A DNA stretch of 64,000 nt from a virus. Lineage: Duplodnaviria; Caudoviricetes. This document shows positions 1 to 12,000 of the stretch, piece after piece. The stretch lies in IMG/VR virus record IMGVR_UViG_3300026077_000001; one strand, given 5' to 3'. Within the stretch, counting starts at the first letter, position 1, and every line of letters begins with the position of its first letter. The notes under the pieces were generated by a model. The model was given only the letters and a program-made list of their open reading frames with translations, was not told where the DNA came from and did no database searches. The translations under genes were made by a program, and so were the position numbers.

Positions 1-11
1 GTTACGATGAT

Positions 12-1334
12 ATGATCTCTATGAAGAGAGTCTTAGCAAACGACTCTGTTCAAGTTATACGTCGTATCGACTGGATACCCCCAGAACAAACCACTGGTGG
101 TTTGGGTTATGTGTACGATATGTATCGTCACGATTACTCATCCAGTAAGACTGCATCTTCTGGTGCTACCAAGCTATATGATGCTGACTTCTATGTTGTC
201 AACTCATCGTATCAAGCTTACAAATGTATCTACAATGGTACCTCACCCTCTGACCCTAACGGAAAACCTTCAACGGTTGAACCTACTGGAACTAGTACTT
301 CTATTATTACTACCGCCGATGGTTATCGCTGGAAGTATATGTTTACTATCCCCGTCGGACAAGTATTGAAGTTCTTCTCAGGCGATTATATGCCTGTGTT
401 GCAAGATACTGCTGTTCAATCTGACGCTGTTGGCGGTGAGATAGATACAGTGGTTATACAATCATCTGGTTCTGGTTATAACAATGGAACGTACGAAAAT
501 ATCCCGATCAAGGGAGATGGCACGGGCGGTAGGATTAGTGTCGTGGTGGACGGTGGTCGCATTGTTAGTGCTACTGTAACCTCTGGAGGATCTAATTACT
601 CCTTTGGTAAAGTTATCATTGATGAAATCAATGGTATTGGTGCAGGTACTGGTAGTGGTGGTGCTATTGACGTTATCATCCCTCCTAAAGGTGGTCACGG
701 ATCTAACCCTGCAATCGAACTTGGAGGTTTCCGAGTGATGATTAACACGAAGTTTACCTACGATGAAGGATCAGGTGACTTCCCAACTGATAATGATTAC
801 CGTCGTATTGGATTAGTATTAAATCCAAGTAAGTACGGTACCGAAGAATTGGCAGACGCTATTACTTTGTCTGCTGCTAATGCTGTGATTTTCTCTCCAG
901 ATTTCACAGGTTCATTTAATACTGATGAAATTATTACACAAACACGTACTATTGGTGGTCAACAGGTGACTGCTAGAGGACGTGTTGTTTCTTGGAATAC
1001 AACTACTAAAGTTCTGAAATATTTCCAGAACAGAGTGGATGGTATCTTCCCAGAAATTTCTGGTAATAAGACCGTGTTTGATGGAGGTAATACTGTTGTT
1101 GGATCTGGATCTGGTACCTCTGCCGACCCAGACATTAACTTCCCAATCGTACCTGGCGAAGCAACACGTGTTATTAACAACACTGAATATGATCTTGGTA
1201 TGTCATTTACATCTGGTTACGCCAAGCCAGAAGTGAAAAAGGACTCTGGAAAAGTCATCTACATAGACAATAGGAGAGCAATCTCCCGTGCTGGCGACCA
1301 AATTGAGGACATTAAGATCGTAGTAGAGTTCTAA
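12..1334 (+). CDS. gp8: Baseplate wedge subunit gp8 (5' end lies upstream of the window)
   Basis: RRIDW...YDMYRHDYS, FYVVNSSYQAYKCIYNG, DGYRWKYMFTIP and the C-terminal SGKVIYIDNRRAISRAGDQIEDIKIVVEF are typical T4-like gp8 motifs. The frame is open to the window start. Confidence 0.9.
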   Translation: MISMKRVLANDSVQVIRRIDWIPPEQTTGGLGYVYDMYRHDYSSSKTASSGATKLYDADFYVVNSSYQAYKCIYNGTSPSDPNGKPSTVEPTGTSTSIITTADGYRWKYMFTIPVGQVLKFFSGDYMPVLQDTAVQSDAVGGEIDTVVIQSSGSGYNNGTYENIPIKGDGTGGRISVVVDGGRIVSATVTSGGSNYSFGKVIIDEINGIGAGTGSGGAIDVIIPPKGGHGSNPAIELGGFRVMINTKFTYDEGSGDFPTDNDYRRIGLVLNPSKYGTEELADAITLSAANAVIFSPDFTGSFNTDEIITQTRTIGGQQVTARGRVVSWNTTTKVLKYFQNRVDGIFPEISGNKTVFDGGNTVVGSGSGTSADPDINFPIVPGEATRVINNTEYDLGMSFTSGYAKPEVKKDSGKVIYIDNRRAISRAGDQIEDIKIVVEF

Positions 1335-1338
1335 AACA

Positions 1339-4300
1339 ATGCCACAGAATACCAATCTGAATATATCGCCATATTTCGACGATTTCGATAAGGCGAATAA
1401 CTTTTATAGAGTACTGTTCCGTCCTGGATATCCTATCCAAGCGAGAGAACTTACTACTATGCAATCCCTGATGCAGAATCAGGTTGAATCGTTTGGTTCG
1501 CATATGTTTAAAGATGGCTCTATGGTCATCCCAGGTCAAATAGGTTATGACCTAGACGCTAAAGCAGTTATATTACAGGGTTCATTCTTAGGTGCAGACG
1601 TTGAACAATATAGAGAACAGTTAGATGGAAAGATTATCAGTGGTTTGACTACTGGTGTTAAGGCAAAAATTCTATTCTCCATCCCTGCTACTACTTCTGA
1701 GCGTGGTTATATTACATTATATGTTAAGTATTTGACTTCTGGTGGTACAGATTCTACAGAATCAACCTTTGTTGATAATGAACAGTTGATTTGTGAGTCT
1801 GAAATAACTTATGGTAGTTCTTTGATTGAGATTGGAACTCCATTTTCACAGTTACTTCCTACCAACTCTACTGCTGTAGGTTCTACTGCATCAATTACAC
1901 AAGGTGTATATTTCATTCGTGGTTATTTTGTTGACGTTGTTGATCAAACAATCATACTTGATCAATATGCAAATTCACCATCTTATAGGGTTGGTCTAGA
2001 AATCTTCGAATCTATTGTAACTCCAGAAGATGATCCTGGTCTAAATGACAATGCAACTGGTACTTCTAACTACTCTGCTCCAGGTGGACACAGATTTAGA
2101 ATTAGAACTAGTCTTGTTAAGAAAGTTATTGACGATGATACAGATAAGAACTTCATAGAACTATTAAGAATCAATAATTCTCAGATTGAAACATTTGTAG
2201 AGAGAACTGCATATAATGAGATGGCAAGGGAACTTGCTCGTAGAACATTTGATGAGTCTGGTGACTATACTGTAAGGGATTTTGATATTCGTATAAGAGA
2301 GCATAGAAATGATGGTATAAATGGTGGTGTATATCTACCAGGTCAAACATCTCCTGATGGTATAGCATCATCTGAAGCTCATTTTGTAACTGAAGTTGGT
2401 CCAGGTAAAGCATACGTTAGAGGATATGAGTCTGAAACTCTTGTTCCTACCTATGTTGATCTAGAAAAATCAAGGAGTACTGTTGCATTACAGAACTCTA
2501 TTATTCCATTTGAAATTGGTAACTTCTTCTTAGGTAACAATGTTAAGGGTTCACCTATTATTAATGGTAATAATATTACTGAGAACTATCAGGTTATTGA
2601 GTTTAGGGATATAGCTCCTGCATATAACCTAACTGCATCTGGTAATATCATTGGATATGGTCGTGTTGCAGCATTTGAGTATCATAATGGTACAACAGTT
2701 AATGCTCAAGCTACTATATTTAAGGCGTATGTGTTTGATTTACAACCACTAACTTTGATGAAGTTTAGTAGCAATGTAACTCTTGCACAAGGACACGTTA
2801 TTAGAGGACGTAGTTCAAGAGCAAAAGCATTTGTAGAAGCAGATTATAACGGTGTAGATCTTATTAAGGTGTATCAAGTTTATGGTACTTTCCGTGATGG
2901 TGAAGTTATCGAGAGAGATGGTGTAGAAATTGGTACTCTTACTGATTACTATAAGTATGAGATTACTGATGCTAAAGGTATAACTGGTAAAGATCCTGAT
3001 ACTAATGCCATCATTTTTGCGATGGACTTATTGCTGGATCAGGAGACAGTTATTTCTGGTACTAACTTTAATGTTAATGGTAATCCTGGTGGTACTCTAA
3101 CAGGTACACAATCTAATTTCACGTTAGATATAAGACCAGGTGATGTTCTTACTGTTAATGGTGTTGATGAACTTCAAATTACACCTATTAGTATAGTATC
3201 AACAAACATTGACAACCAAATAACAAGTGCTACTAGTGCTAACTATGGTGGTAATGCTGGTCCTATTTCTAATGCTGACTATGGATTTATAGTTAGACGT
3301 AGACCTCAACTTTATAATTCAGAACTTGCTGACCTTATGATTGAGATGCCTAAAGCATCTATCAAATCAATCGCTGATGAATCAGCAATCGTTGCACGTA
3401 CATTTGATGATATAACTGTTACTGGTGCTAATGACTTTACGATCTCATTACCAGCAGACGAACAGTTCCTTGCATATGATAAGGATCATTATCAATTAGT
3501 GTCACTTGCTCCTACAGCAGGTACAGTTATTGATATGGAAGCATCACATTCATTCAACACTACTGGTACTCCTAGAACTTCTCTAACTGTAACAGGTTTG
3601 ACTGGTGTAACAACTGCTAGATTAATTACTTCAGTATCTAAAAACCAAGCAGAGAAGAAACTGAAGAATGCTACTGAAATGGAAGTGATGAAGGTTGAGC
3701 GTACTGCCAACTCTTCTGACAATATTAAGTATGGTTTAACTTATGGTTCATTATATGGTACACGTATTGAAGACGAAGAGATCTCTCTAGGTTCTACTGA
3801 TGTATATCACATTCACGCAGTATATGAATCTAACGATGATCAAGCTGCTGTTATTCCTCATTTAACTATGCAAGATGCTACCATCTTCAATAATGGTACT
3901 ATCATTGAGGGACAAACATCTAAGGCAAAGGCACGTGTTGTAGAATTTAACTCTGTCTCATATGTCTGTCATTTTGTTTATGAGAACGATAATAGGTTCA
4001 CACTTGGTGAAACTATCAGTGGTTTTGATGCTAACAATAATGTAATAACAGGTCTTGTTAATGATGCTGATAACTCTATAAACAATGGTTCACGTAACAT
4101 TACTGACAATTTCTATCTTGATCCTAATCAGTTAGGTCACTACTATGACATTGGTAAACTAATAAGATATAGTTCTGCTAATGCACCTCTTCGTAAAGTA
4201 AAGATTGTATTCAACAGGTTCACCCACGAAGCAACGGGTGACTACTTTGCTGCACAGTCTTATGTTGGTATAGATTATTCTGCCATTCCAAGTATTAAAT

Positions 4301-7300
4301 TTAATGGTGAAACTAGAGAACTTAGAGATGTTCTTGACTTCAGACCTGCTGTAACTCCAGTTCTATCTGGTTCAGGTACTGTTGGATCACCATACTATGT
4401 TAACTGTGCTAGTTTAGACTTTAAAGATAGAGGATTCTCATCTGGTGGTGTTGCAAATAACGCTACTATTATTGACATTCCTAAGCCAGAGTCTGACTTC
4501 CGTTGTGATTATGACTATTATGTCGGTAGAATTGATAAAGTATTCTTAAGTGATCAACAACAATTTAAGGTAATAAAAGGTATTCCTGGTGAGGGTGATG
4601 ATATTCCTGCAAATATTGATAATGCAATGTTACTTGCAACTCTGTATCACGAACCTTATGGTTATGGTCCAGAAGGAGTACACATTGTAAGAGAGAATAA
4701 CAGACGATTCACTATGCGTGATATCGGTTTGATGGAAAGAAGGATTGATAATTTAGAATATTATACTGCATTGAACTTACTTGAAATGGAAACTGCATCT
4801 CTATCTGTTAAAGATAGTGATGGATTTGATAAGTTTAAGAATGGTTTCCTTGTAGATGACTTTACTTCGTTTGATTCAGCAGCAACAACTCACGAAGACT
4901 TTGCTTGTGCTGTATCTTTCTCAGAAGGTAAGTTACGTGCTTCTCATTATACTACTAACGTAGCACTACAATATACTGAGAGTGGATCTAGTGGAGTTAA
5001 ATATCACGAGGTAGGTACTCTAACTCTTCCATATGAGGAGATTACATTTATTGTTCAACCATATTGTTCACGTGTTGAGAATGTAAACCCATTCAACGTG
5101 TTTGCTTATATTGGTAGATTGGATCTATATCCATCATCTGATGACTGGGTAGATACACGTCGTGCACCTGATAAAGTTGTAAACCTAGAAGGTGACTTTA
5201 CTGCACAGGTTCAACGTTTTGGAGGAGATACAAACACAGGTTTAGTTCCAACTCAATGGAACTCTTGGAGAACTAACTGGACTTCTAGTTCTAGTAGAAC
5301 TGATAGTCAGACTATGAGAAGAGGTCACTGGCCATATATTAGAAGAATTACTACAACTACTACTAACAATACTAGGTCACAGACACGTTCTGGTATTAGA
5401 ACTGTAATTACTCCACGTATTGACCGTCAGTCATTGGGAGATAAGACGATTGAAAGAACAGTAGTTCCATTCATTCGTTCTAGAAACATTGCATTTAAGA
5501 TCCAACGTCTTAAGCCTAATACAAGATTCTATGCTTTCATCGATAACGTAGATGTAAACTTCTACACTACACCAAGATTGATTGAGGTTATTAAGGATCC
5601 AGTTGATGATAATCGTACTAACAATACACCATTTGTTACTGGTGAGCAGGTTATTGGTCAGACATCTGGTTGTAGATTAAAACTTGTAAGTCCTGAAACA
5701 GGATTTGATGATGGACTATCACCTTATGATCAGAGTGAACTACCAACATCTTATGCATCTACCACACCATTACTCAACATTGATACTCAAACAATGTCTG
5801 AGACAGTTGCTGGTGAATATTATGGTAACCCATTAGAGACTGAAATCCTTGTAGGACAAACCTCTGGTGCTCGTGCAGTTGTTAAGACTAAGCGTTTGAT
5901 TGCAAATACTAACGGTGATATGGAAGGTATTATGTGGATACCGAATCCTGCTGTATCTACCAACCCAAGGTTTGCTACAGGTACACGTGTTGTACGTTTA
6001 ACAACATCTGAAAATGACTCTAGGATTCCTGGTCAGGTTGATTCTTCTGCATCAAATACTTACGTTGCATCTGGTGTTATTGAAACTAAGCAACAAACAA
6101 TCCTTGCTGTTAGAAATGCTGATGTTGTAAGAGACACAGTTGTATCTGACAGGATTGTTAATGACAACTCTACATCAACCAGAGACACAGGTTGGTATGA
6201 CCCTCTTGCTCAGTCATTCTTGGTTGAGTCTAAAGGTGGTGCATTCTTAACAAGTGCTGATCTATTCTTTAACACAAAAGATAACAGAATTCCTGTATCG
6301 ATACAGGTTAGGGAGATGGCAAATGGATATCCAACTACTAAGGTTCTTGCTTTCTCTGACGTTACTCTTCTACCTTCACAGATTAATCTATCTGAGAATG
6401 GTACAGTTCTTACTAAGTTCTCATTCCCATCACCAATTTATGTTAGAGAAAACAGAGAATATTGTTTAGTTGTTCTTTCTGACTCTAATGAATATAAACT
6501 CTGGATCTCCAGAATGGGTGAAGATGATGTTACTAACGATAGAACGATCTCTGAACAGCCATATGCAGGTGTTCTATTCAAATCACAGAACGCATCTACT
6601 TGGACTGCTGACCAGTATGAGGATCTTAAGTTCAATCTTTATAAAGCAGAGTTTGCTCAGAATACATCTGGTACTGCTGTCTTTAATAATACAGAATTAG
6701 CAATAGGTAACGGTGGTATTGCTGAACTACGTAGCAACCCAATTAAGACTTTAAAACCTGAAATTAAAATCATTCTTTCCGATCACCAAGCAAACTTTAC
6801 TATCGGTGCTGAACTTCAACAGACTGATACTTCACCTGTTCCTTCTGCTATTATCAGACAGGTTGTACAAGGTGTACAGGGTTCATCTAACGCATACATC
6901 ATTGTTGATGACGTAAATGGAACCTTCAGAGAAGGTGTACAGTCTGGTGCTAACTGGATTTACAGATTAGTATCTTCAAGATCACTTGCTGATCTAACAC
7001 TAACTGGTGTTACAGGTACATTCAATCCTGATGACACATTAACAAACGGTACTGGTGCAACTGCTATGGTTACCGCTTGGAACTCAGGTACTGGTGTTGT
7101 TGGTGTTAAGTCTGTAACAGGAACATTTGCTGTTGGTGATGCTATTACTCAGGATACTGATGGATCTACAACTGGTTCTGGTACTATCGCATCTGGTGGT
7201 GTAACTCTAAGTGGAGATGATATTAACGATTATCCTGCTGCTCCTATCTCATACTTCAACCAAGCAACTGAGATTACAGTTGCACACGCAAACCATTGTA

Positions 7301-8553
7301 TGCACGATACAGGTAACAACGTTAAGATTGATGGTGTAACTTCAGAAGTTGCTCCTACAATTATTGACTCTGCATATCATACAAATGGTATCACTGCATC
7401 TGATGGTGTATCAGGTACATTCTCATTACACGTTAACGATGCTTCAGCATTCCATACAACTATTAATGGTGCTATTGTAGGAACAAGTAATCCAGGTTAT
7501 TTAATTATTCGTGACCCTGAAGTTGGTCAAAGACATTATGAAATCATTGAATATAGTGCAGTATCTGCTGATGGTAAGATCATTACACTACCTTCTGGAT
7601 CTCGTGGTAAAGCAGGTACATCTGCTTTAGTACATAGTTCACTCAGTTATATTGAGTGCTATAACCTTGATGGTATTCCTCTTGTAGAAATTAACAAGTT
7701 ACATACTGCAATTGGTTCACCAACCTTAGATTCTTATAAGGTTGCAGTTACATCTGTATCTACTAATGGTATTACCAGTGGTGGAAGTAATGTTACTGCA
7801 ACTCAGAACGTTCAATTCGAACAGTTCTATCCTCAGTTACAGATGAATATCTTCCCAGAAACAGATATCATTCCTCGTTTGAATGCTGTTTCTGCTACAT
7901 CCATTAAGGATGGTAATAATATTGATGAAGCATCATTCATTAATGATGGTGTTTATCTTGACTGTATCGCTAATGAAGATAACTATCTAACCTTCCCTAA
8001 ACTTGTTTGTTCTAAGGTTAATGAAGATGCTAAGTTAAGTGGTTCTAAATCACTTACTATGAGACTCTTGTTATCAACAGCGAATAAGAACATCAGTCCT
8101 ATTGTTGATACTGATCGTTGTTCAATCATTACAACATCTAATAGAATTAACCAGATTTCTGCTGCCAATTCTGGTGCAGAGAAGAATACAGGTGATCTAA
8201 ATGATGCTGTTTATATTACTAAGGTCGTCAATCTTCTACAACCTGCTAATACATTGAAGGTTATGTTTGAAGGTTGGAGACATCCTGATACAGAGATTCA
8301 CGTTATGTACCGTATTCAACCAATAGGTACCTCTCTCGCATTTGATGAGATAGGTTATACATATTTTAACGGTAATGGATTGGAAGATAAGTCAGTTCAA
8401 AAGACTGAAGCATTCTTACTAAGAGATCTAGAATACACTTATAGCGGTGCTGAGTTTAACGTAGCACAGGTTAAAGTTATTATGACCTCTAGGAATCAAT
8501 CTTATGTTCCTGAAATTAAGAACCTTCGAGTAATGGCATTAAGTGACCTCTAA
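1339..8553 (+). CDS. Large virion structural protein, DUF4815 / VrlC-like (baseplate-tail associated), 2404 aa
   Basis: N-terminus MPQNTNLNISPYFDDFD...FYRVLFRPGYPIQARELTTMQS and DPLAQSFLV...YCLVVLSDSNEY match the conserved cyanomyophage family that follows gp8. Confidence 0.8.
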   Translation: MPQNTNLNISPYFDDFDKANNFYRVLFRPGYPIQARELTTMQSLMQNQVESFGSHMFKDGSMVIPGQIGYDLDAKAVILQGSFLGADVEQYREQLDGKIISGLTTGVKAKILFSIPATTSERGYITLYVKYLTSGGTDSTESTFVDNEQLICESEITYGSSLIEIGTPFSQLLPTNSTAVGSTASITQGVYFIRGYFVDVVDQTIILDQYANSPSYRVGLEIFESIVTPEDDPGLNDNATGTSNYSAPGGHRFRIRTSLVKKVIDDDTDKNFIELLRINNSQIETFVERTAYNEMARELARRTFDESGDYTVRDFDIRIREHRNDGINGGVYLPGQTSPDGIASSEAHFVTEVGPGKAYVRGYESETLVPTYVDLEKSRSTVALQNSIIPFEIGNFFLGNNVKGSPIINGNNITENYQVIEFRDIAPAYNLTASGNIIGYGRVAAFEYHNGTTVNAQATIFKAYVFDLQPLTLMKFSSNVTLAQGHVIRGRSSRAKAFVEADYNGVDLIKVYQVYGTFRDGEVIERDGVEIGTLTDYYKYEITDAKGITGKDPDTNAIIFAMDLLLDQETVISGTNFNVNGNPGGTLTGTQSNFTLDIRPGDVLTVNGVDELQITPISIVSTNIDNQITSATSANYGGNAGPISNADYGFIVRRRPQLYNSELADLMIEMPKASIKSIADESAIVARTFDDITVTGANDFTISLPADEQFLAYDKDHYQLVSLAPTAGTVIDMEASHSFNTTGTPRTSLTVTGLTGVTTARLITSVSKNQAEKKLKNATEMEVMKVERTANSSDNIKYGLTYGSLYGTRIEDEEISLGSTDVYHIHAVYESNDDQAAVIPHLTMQDATIFNNGTIIEGQTSKAKARVVEFNSVSYVCHFVYENDNRFTLGETISGFDANNNVITGLVNDADNSINNGSRNITDNFYLDPNQLGHYYDIGKLIRYSSANAPLRKVKIVFNRFTHEATGDYFAAQSYVGIDYSAIPSIKFNGETRELRDVLDFRPAVTPVLSGSGTVGSPYYVNCASLDFKDRGFSSGGVANNATIIDIPKPESDFRCDYDYYVGRIDKVFLSDQQQFKVIKGIPGEGDDIPANIDNAMLLATLYHEPYGYGPEGVHIVRENNRRFTMRDIGLMERRIDNLEYYTALNLLEMETASLSVKDSDGFDKFKNGFLVDDFTSFDSAATTHEDFACAVSFSEGKLRASHYTTNVALQYTESGSSGVKYHEVGTLTLPYEEITFIVQPYCSRVENVNPFNVFAYIGRLDLYPSSDDWVDTRRAPDKVVNLEGDFTAQVQRFGGDTNTGLVPTQWNSWRTNWTSSSSRTDSQTMRRGHWPYIRRITTTTTNNTRSQTRSGIRTVITPRIDRQSLGDKTIERTVVPFIRSRNIAFKIQRLKPNTRFYAFIDNVDVNFYTTPRLIEVIKDPVDDNRTNNTPFVTGEQVIGQTSGCRLKLVSPETGFDDGLSPYDQSELPTSYASTTPLLNIDTQTMSETVAGEYYGNPLETEILVGQTSGARAVVKTKRLIANTNGDMEGIMWIPNPAVSTNPRFATGTRVVRLTTSENDSRIPGQVDSSASNTYVASGVIETKQQTILAVRNADVVRDTVVSDRIVNDNSTSTRDTGWYDPLAQSFLVESKGGAFLTSADLFFNTKDNRIPVSIQVREMANGYPTTKVLAFSDVTLLPSQINLSENGTVLTKFSFPSPIYVRENREYCLVVLSDSNEYKLWISRMGEDDVTNDRTISEQPYAGVLFKSQNASTWTADQYEDLKFNLYKAEFAQNTSGTAVFNNTELAIGNGGIAELRSNPIKTLKPEIKIILSDHQANFTIGAELQQTDTSPVPSAIIRQVVQGVQGSSNAYIIVDDVNGTFREGVQSGANWIYRLVSSRSLADLTLTGVTGTFNPDDTLTNGTGATAMVTAWNSGTGVVGVKSVTGTFAVGDAITQDTDGSTTGSGTIASGGVTLSGDDINDYPAAPISYFNQATEITVAHANHCMHDTGNNVKIDGVTSEVAPTIIDSAYHTNGITASDGVSGTFSLHVNDASAFHTTINGAIVGTSNPGYLIIRDPEVGQRHYEIIEYSAVSADGKIITLPSGSRGKAGTSALVHSSLSYIECYNLDGIPLVEINKLHTAIGSPTLDSYKVAVTSVSTNGITSGGSNVTATQNVQFEQFYPQLQMNIFPETDIIPRLNAVSATSIKDGNNIDEASFINDGVYLDCIANEDNYLTFPKLVCSKVNEDAKLSGSKSLTMRLLLSTANKNISPIVDTDRCSIITTSNRINQISAANSGAEKNTGDLNDAVYITKVVNLLQPANTLKVMFEGWRHPDTEIHVMYRIQPIGTSLAFDEIGYTYFNGNGLEDKSVQKTEAFLLRDLEYTYSGAEFNVAQVKVIMTSRNQSYVPEIKNLRVMALSDL

Positions 8554-8767
8554 TAGATACCTACACGTAAAGAATAGACCTGATTTAGTTCGGGATACAC
8601 GCTCTGGTGCGGTACTAAATACAAAGGAGACACCCCCTGGCACTGCTGCTAAAGCACGTAGGAAAAGGGATGCATCATTAGACACTATGAAAAGTGAACT
8701 TGATGTGCTAAAATCTGAGATATCAGAGATTAAATCCTTACTTATTAACTTGGAGAACAAATTATGA
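8543..8767 (+). CDS. Conserved hypothetical protein with C-terminal coiled coil (74 aa)
   Basis: Overlap-coupled to both neighbours. Heptad tail LKSEISEIKSLLINL. Confidence 0.7.
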   Translation: MTSNRYLHVKNRPDLVRDTRSGAVLNTKETPPGTAAKARRKRDASLDTMKSELDVLKSEISEIKSLLINLENKL

Positions 8768-8973
8768 CTGCCGATGTACCTGAAACTGTCGATCAGGAGA
8801 AACTCTTGCAAGACTTTAAGGATCGCTTGAGCAAAATGGTCGAAGAGAACCAACAAATGGCTCAACAGATCAGAAAGAATGAACAACAAGCATTAAAACT
8901 GCAAGGAGCAATTGAAACTCTAGAGTATATACTCAAACCAAACGAAACAGTGGACGAGGTTTCAACTGAATAA
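8764..8973 (+). CDS. Hypothetical coiled-coil protein (69 aa)
   Basis: ATGA overlap, SD-like ggag upstream, followed by a terminator. Confidence 0.7.
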   Translation: MTADVPETVDQEKLLQDFKDRLSKMVEENQQMAQQIRKNEQQALKLQGAIETLEYILKPNETVDEVSTE

Positions 8974-8978
8974 TATTC

Positions 8979-9006
8979 AAAGAGACCGCAAGGTCTCTTT
9001 TTATTT
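8979..9006 (+). terminator. Rho-independent terminator
   Basis: aaagagacc-gcaa-ggtctcttt stem-loop followed by a T-run. Confidence 0.85.
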
Positions 9007-9010
9007 GGGT

Positions 9011-9018
9011 TATAAATA
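9011..9018 (+). promoter_or_regulatory. T4-type late (gp55) promoter TATAAATA
   Basis: Exact T4 late consensus between the terminator and the tail fibre start. Confidence 0.85.
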
Positions 9019-9060
9019 TCTTGAGAGGCTTATTGTCCGTGCAGATTAGAGACCTAACCA

Positions 9061-12000
9061 ATGGCAAATAGATTACAATTACGACGTGATGGAGCTCAGC
9101 AGTGGGCTAACATCAACCCAATTCTTGCCCAGGGTGAACTTGGTATTGAGATCGATACTTCACGTATCAAAATTGGTGATGGAGTTACCCCTTGGAATAG
9201 TTTAAGATATGAACGACCGCTAGAGACAGAATCAAACGCTGCTAATACACTTGTTAAAAGAGACGCTGATGGTAACTTCCAAGCAGGTGCTGTCACTGCG
9301 ACTCTTATCGGTAATGCCTCTACCTCTACACGTCTTGCTAATGCACGTCAGATTCAACTCTCTGGACAAGTAACTGGATCAGGATCTTTTGATGGATCTC
9401 AGAACTTAGATCTTACTACTGATCTATCTCTAATCACAACTCTTCCACATTATGATCCCAATAATCCAAATGCTGATGCACTCTATACTAGAGTCAGAGT
9501 TAACTCTCAAGGTAGGGTTATTGGTGCTGAGCTTGCATCTACTCTGGCAAACTATGGTATTACTGATGCCCAGCCCCTTGACGATGAATTATCCGCAATT
9601 GCTGGCTTAACAACTCTAGGTCTTCTTACACGTACCTCTGTTGGTAATGTACAGACTAGACAGTTAACTGGTGGTGCAGGAAGAATTATATTTACAGTAC
9701 CTGATGGTAGTACACAGAACCCATTCATTGACCTTGCTGATACTCAGGTTGTTGTTGGTTCATATAACGTACCTTCATTAACTTCTATTGCTGGTGCTGG
9801 TAGTAATGGTGAACCATACAGTACAGAGACTGTTAATGCTACTAGAATTGATGTTGATAGATACGGTCGTATAACAACATTAGAAAACCTTCCTATTGCT
9901 ACTGCAACAGAAGGATCTAAGTATGCTAGTTATGATGCTGCTACAGTATATCCTAGATATTCTATCTTAGAAGCAAACTCTAAGGTATATCAATCAATCC
10001 AAGAAGTTGCTGCTGGTGGTGGAGAACCATCACATACATCTGGTACTGTAGGTGGATGGAGATTCTGCAATAATACTTCTGTAGAGCAGAAAGGTCTTGC
10101 ATCATTCGCACAAGAAGATTTTGACGTTGACGCAAATGGTCACGTAACCATTGCTGCAATGGGTGTTGATAACACTCAATTACAGAATAATCAAATTAAG
10201 TTTACTGATCGTACTTCAGTACAAACTTTTGAATTAGACAACGAACATACTGCTGCTACTGCACACAATGGTCTTGACTATCTAAATTATATTCATATCA
10301 ATGACAGCTCTGGCAATCTTCTCTTTAGTGCTAATAACACCGATAATACTAATGCTGGTGGAGTTGACATTAATGTTGACACTAATATTAGTGGTGCGTC
10401 TATCAAGTTAGATAGACCTGGTAGTAGTCCATTACAAACTATTGAAAGGACTGCTGGTTCACTTAAGATCCATCACAATGTAAACTCTGCTACTGATAGG
10501 ACTCTGGATATTGTTTCAGAGAACGCAGGTGCAGGTACTGCTTCTATTAACATCACAGCAGACGAAGATATTACAATCTCTGCTACTAATGTAGCTAATA
10601 GAGTTAATATCGAAGGATTCCAATTCCAAGATGATACTTTAAGTAGCACTGCTGCTACTATGATCTTGGATCCAGGTGATGATGACACTGCATCTGGTAC
10701 ACTTCAAGTTCGTGGTAACTTGCAAGTAGATGGTACTACAACTACCGTCAATTCAACAATTGTAACAATCGACGATCCTATATTTGTACTTGGTGGGGAC
10801 ACAGCTCCAGGTTCAGATGATAGTAAGGATCGTGGTATAGAATTTTCCTATTATGACACACAAGCACGAGTCGGGTTCTTCGGATGGGACGAGGATTACG
10901 CAAACGCTAACCTATGGTCTGGCACTGGTGGGTTTAGGTTCCTCTTCAACGCCACTAACACCAATGAAGTTTTCACTGGTACTGACGCTGCTCTCATTGC
11001 TGGCAACCTCAGCCTCACAACCAACACAGGATCAACGTCCACGACTACTGGGACTCTGGTAGTAACTGGTGGTGTTGGTGTTTCTGAAAATGTATTTGTA
11101 GGTGGTACTACAACTATTTCAGGACAAACAGAAGTTAATAATAATGTAATTATAAAAGCAGACAATAAAGAGTTTGCAATACAAAATAATGCAGGTGTCG
11201 ATAAGTTTACAGTAGATACTGATAACGGTAATACAGTTATTGAAGGTACTGCTGATATTCAATTAGAGACTACTGTTACTGATAATTTATTTGTACAAGC
11301 CGATGCTAAAGAATTTGCAGTTAAGAACGCTAGTGGGAGCACTCAGTTTGTTGTCGATTCCGACAATGGCAATACAGTTACTGAGGGGACGCTTAACGTT
11401 AAGCAAGGCGTTGATTTTGACACGACACTCAATGTTGATGGTAAAACAGACCTTAACGCAAACGTTGAAATAGATGGTGTCACAACATCACATAATGATA
11501 TTATCATTGATACAACTGGTAAGACACTTAAGTTAAATAATGGATCTGCTGACAGGTTCGTTGTTTCAAGTACATCTGGTAACACAGATATTGAAGGTAC
11601 TTTAAATGTAGCAAGTCTTATTCACTTTGAATCATCAGACACACCTACAATTACCACTGATGGTAGTAACAACTATGTAATTGGTTCTACTGACTACGGT
11701 GCTTTACGAGTAGATGGTGGTGGTTATGTTGCAGGTGATGTTTTATTTGCTAGTGACTTATATGTTAACGGTACTATTAATGAGAGAGACTTAGGTGCTA
11801 CTGAAACATTCAACACACAGAACTACTTAAGAGTAAGATATAAATTCAGAACTGGTGTTACATCAGCTAAGACACCATCATTCGCACAGGATAATGATTC
11901 TAACTTCAGATCATTTGGTGGTGCAGGTATTGCTACTGATCTTCATATTGGTGACAACCTATACGTTGGTAAGAAAGCTACCACAGATAACATTGAGTTC

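Noticed and set aside
1339-8553. Virulence-factor interpretation of the VrlC-like label
   Set aside because: Its position after gp8 in the baseplate cluster and its repeated virion beta-domains indicate a structural protein.
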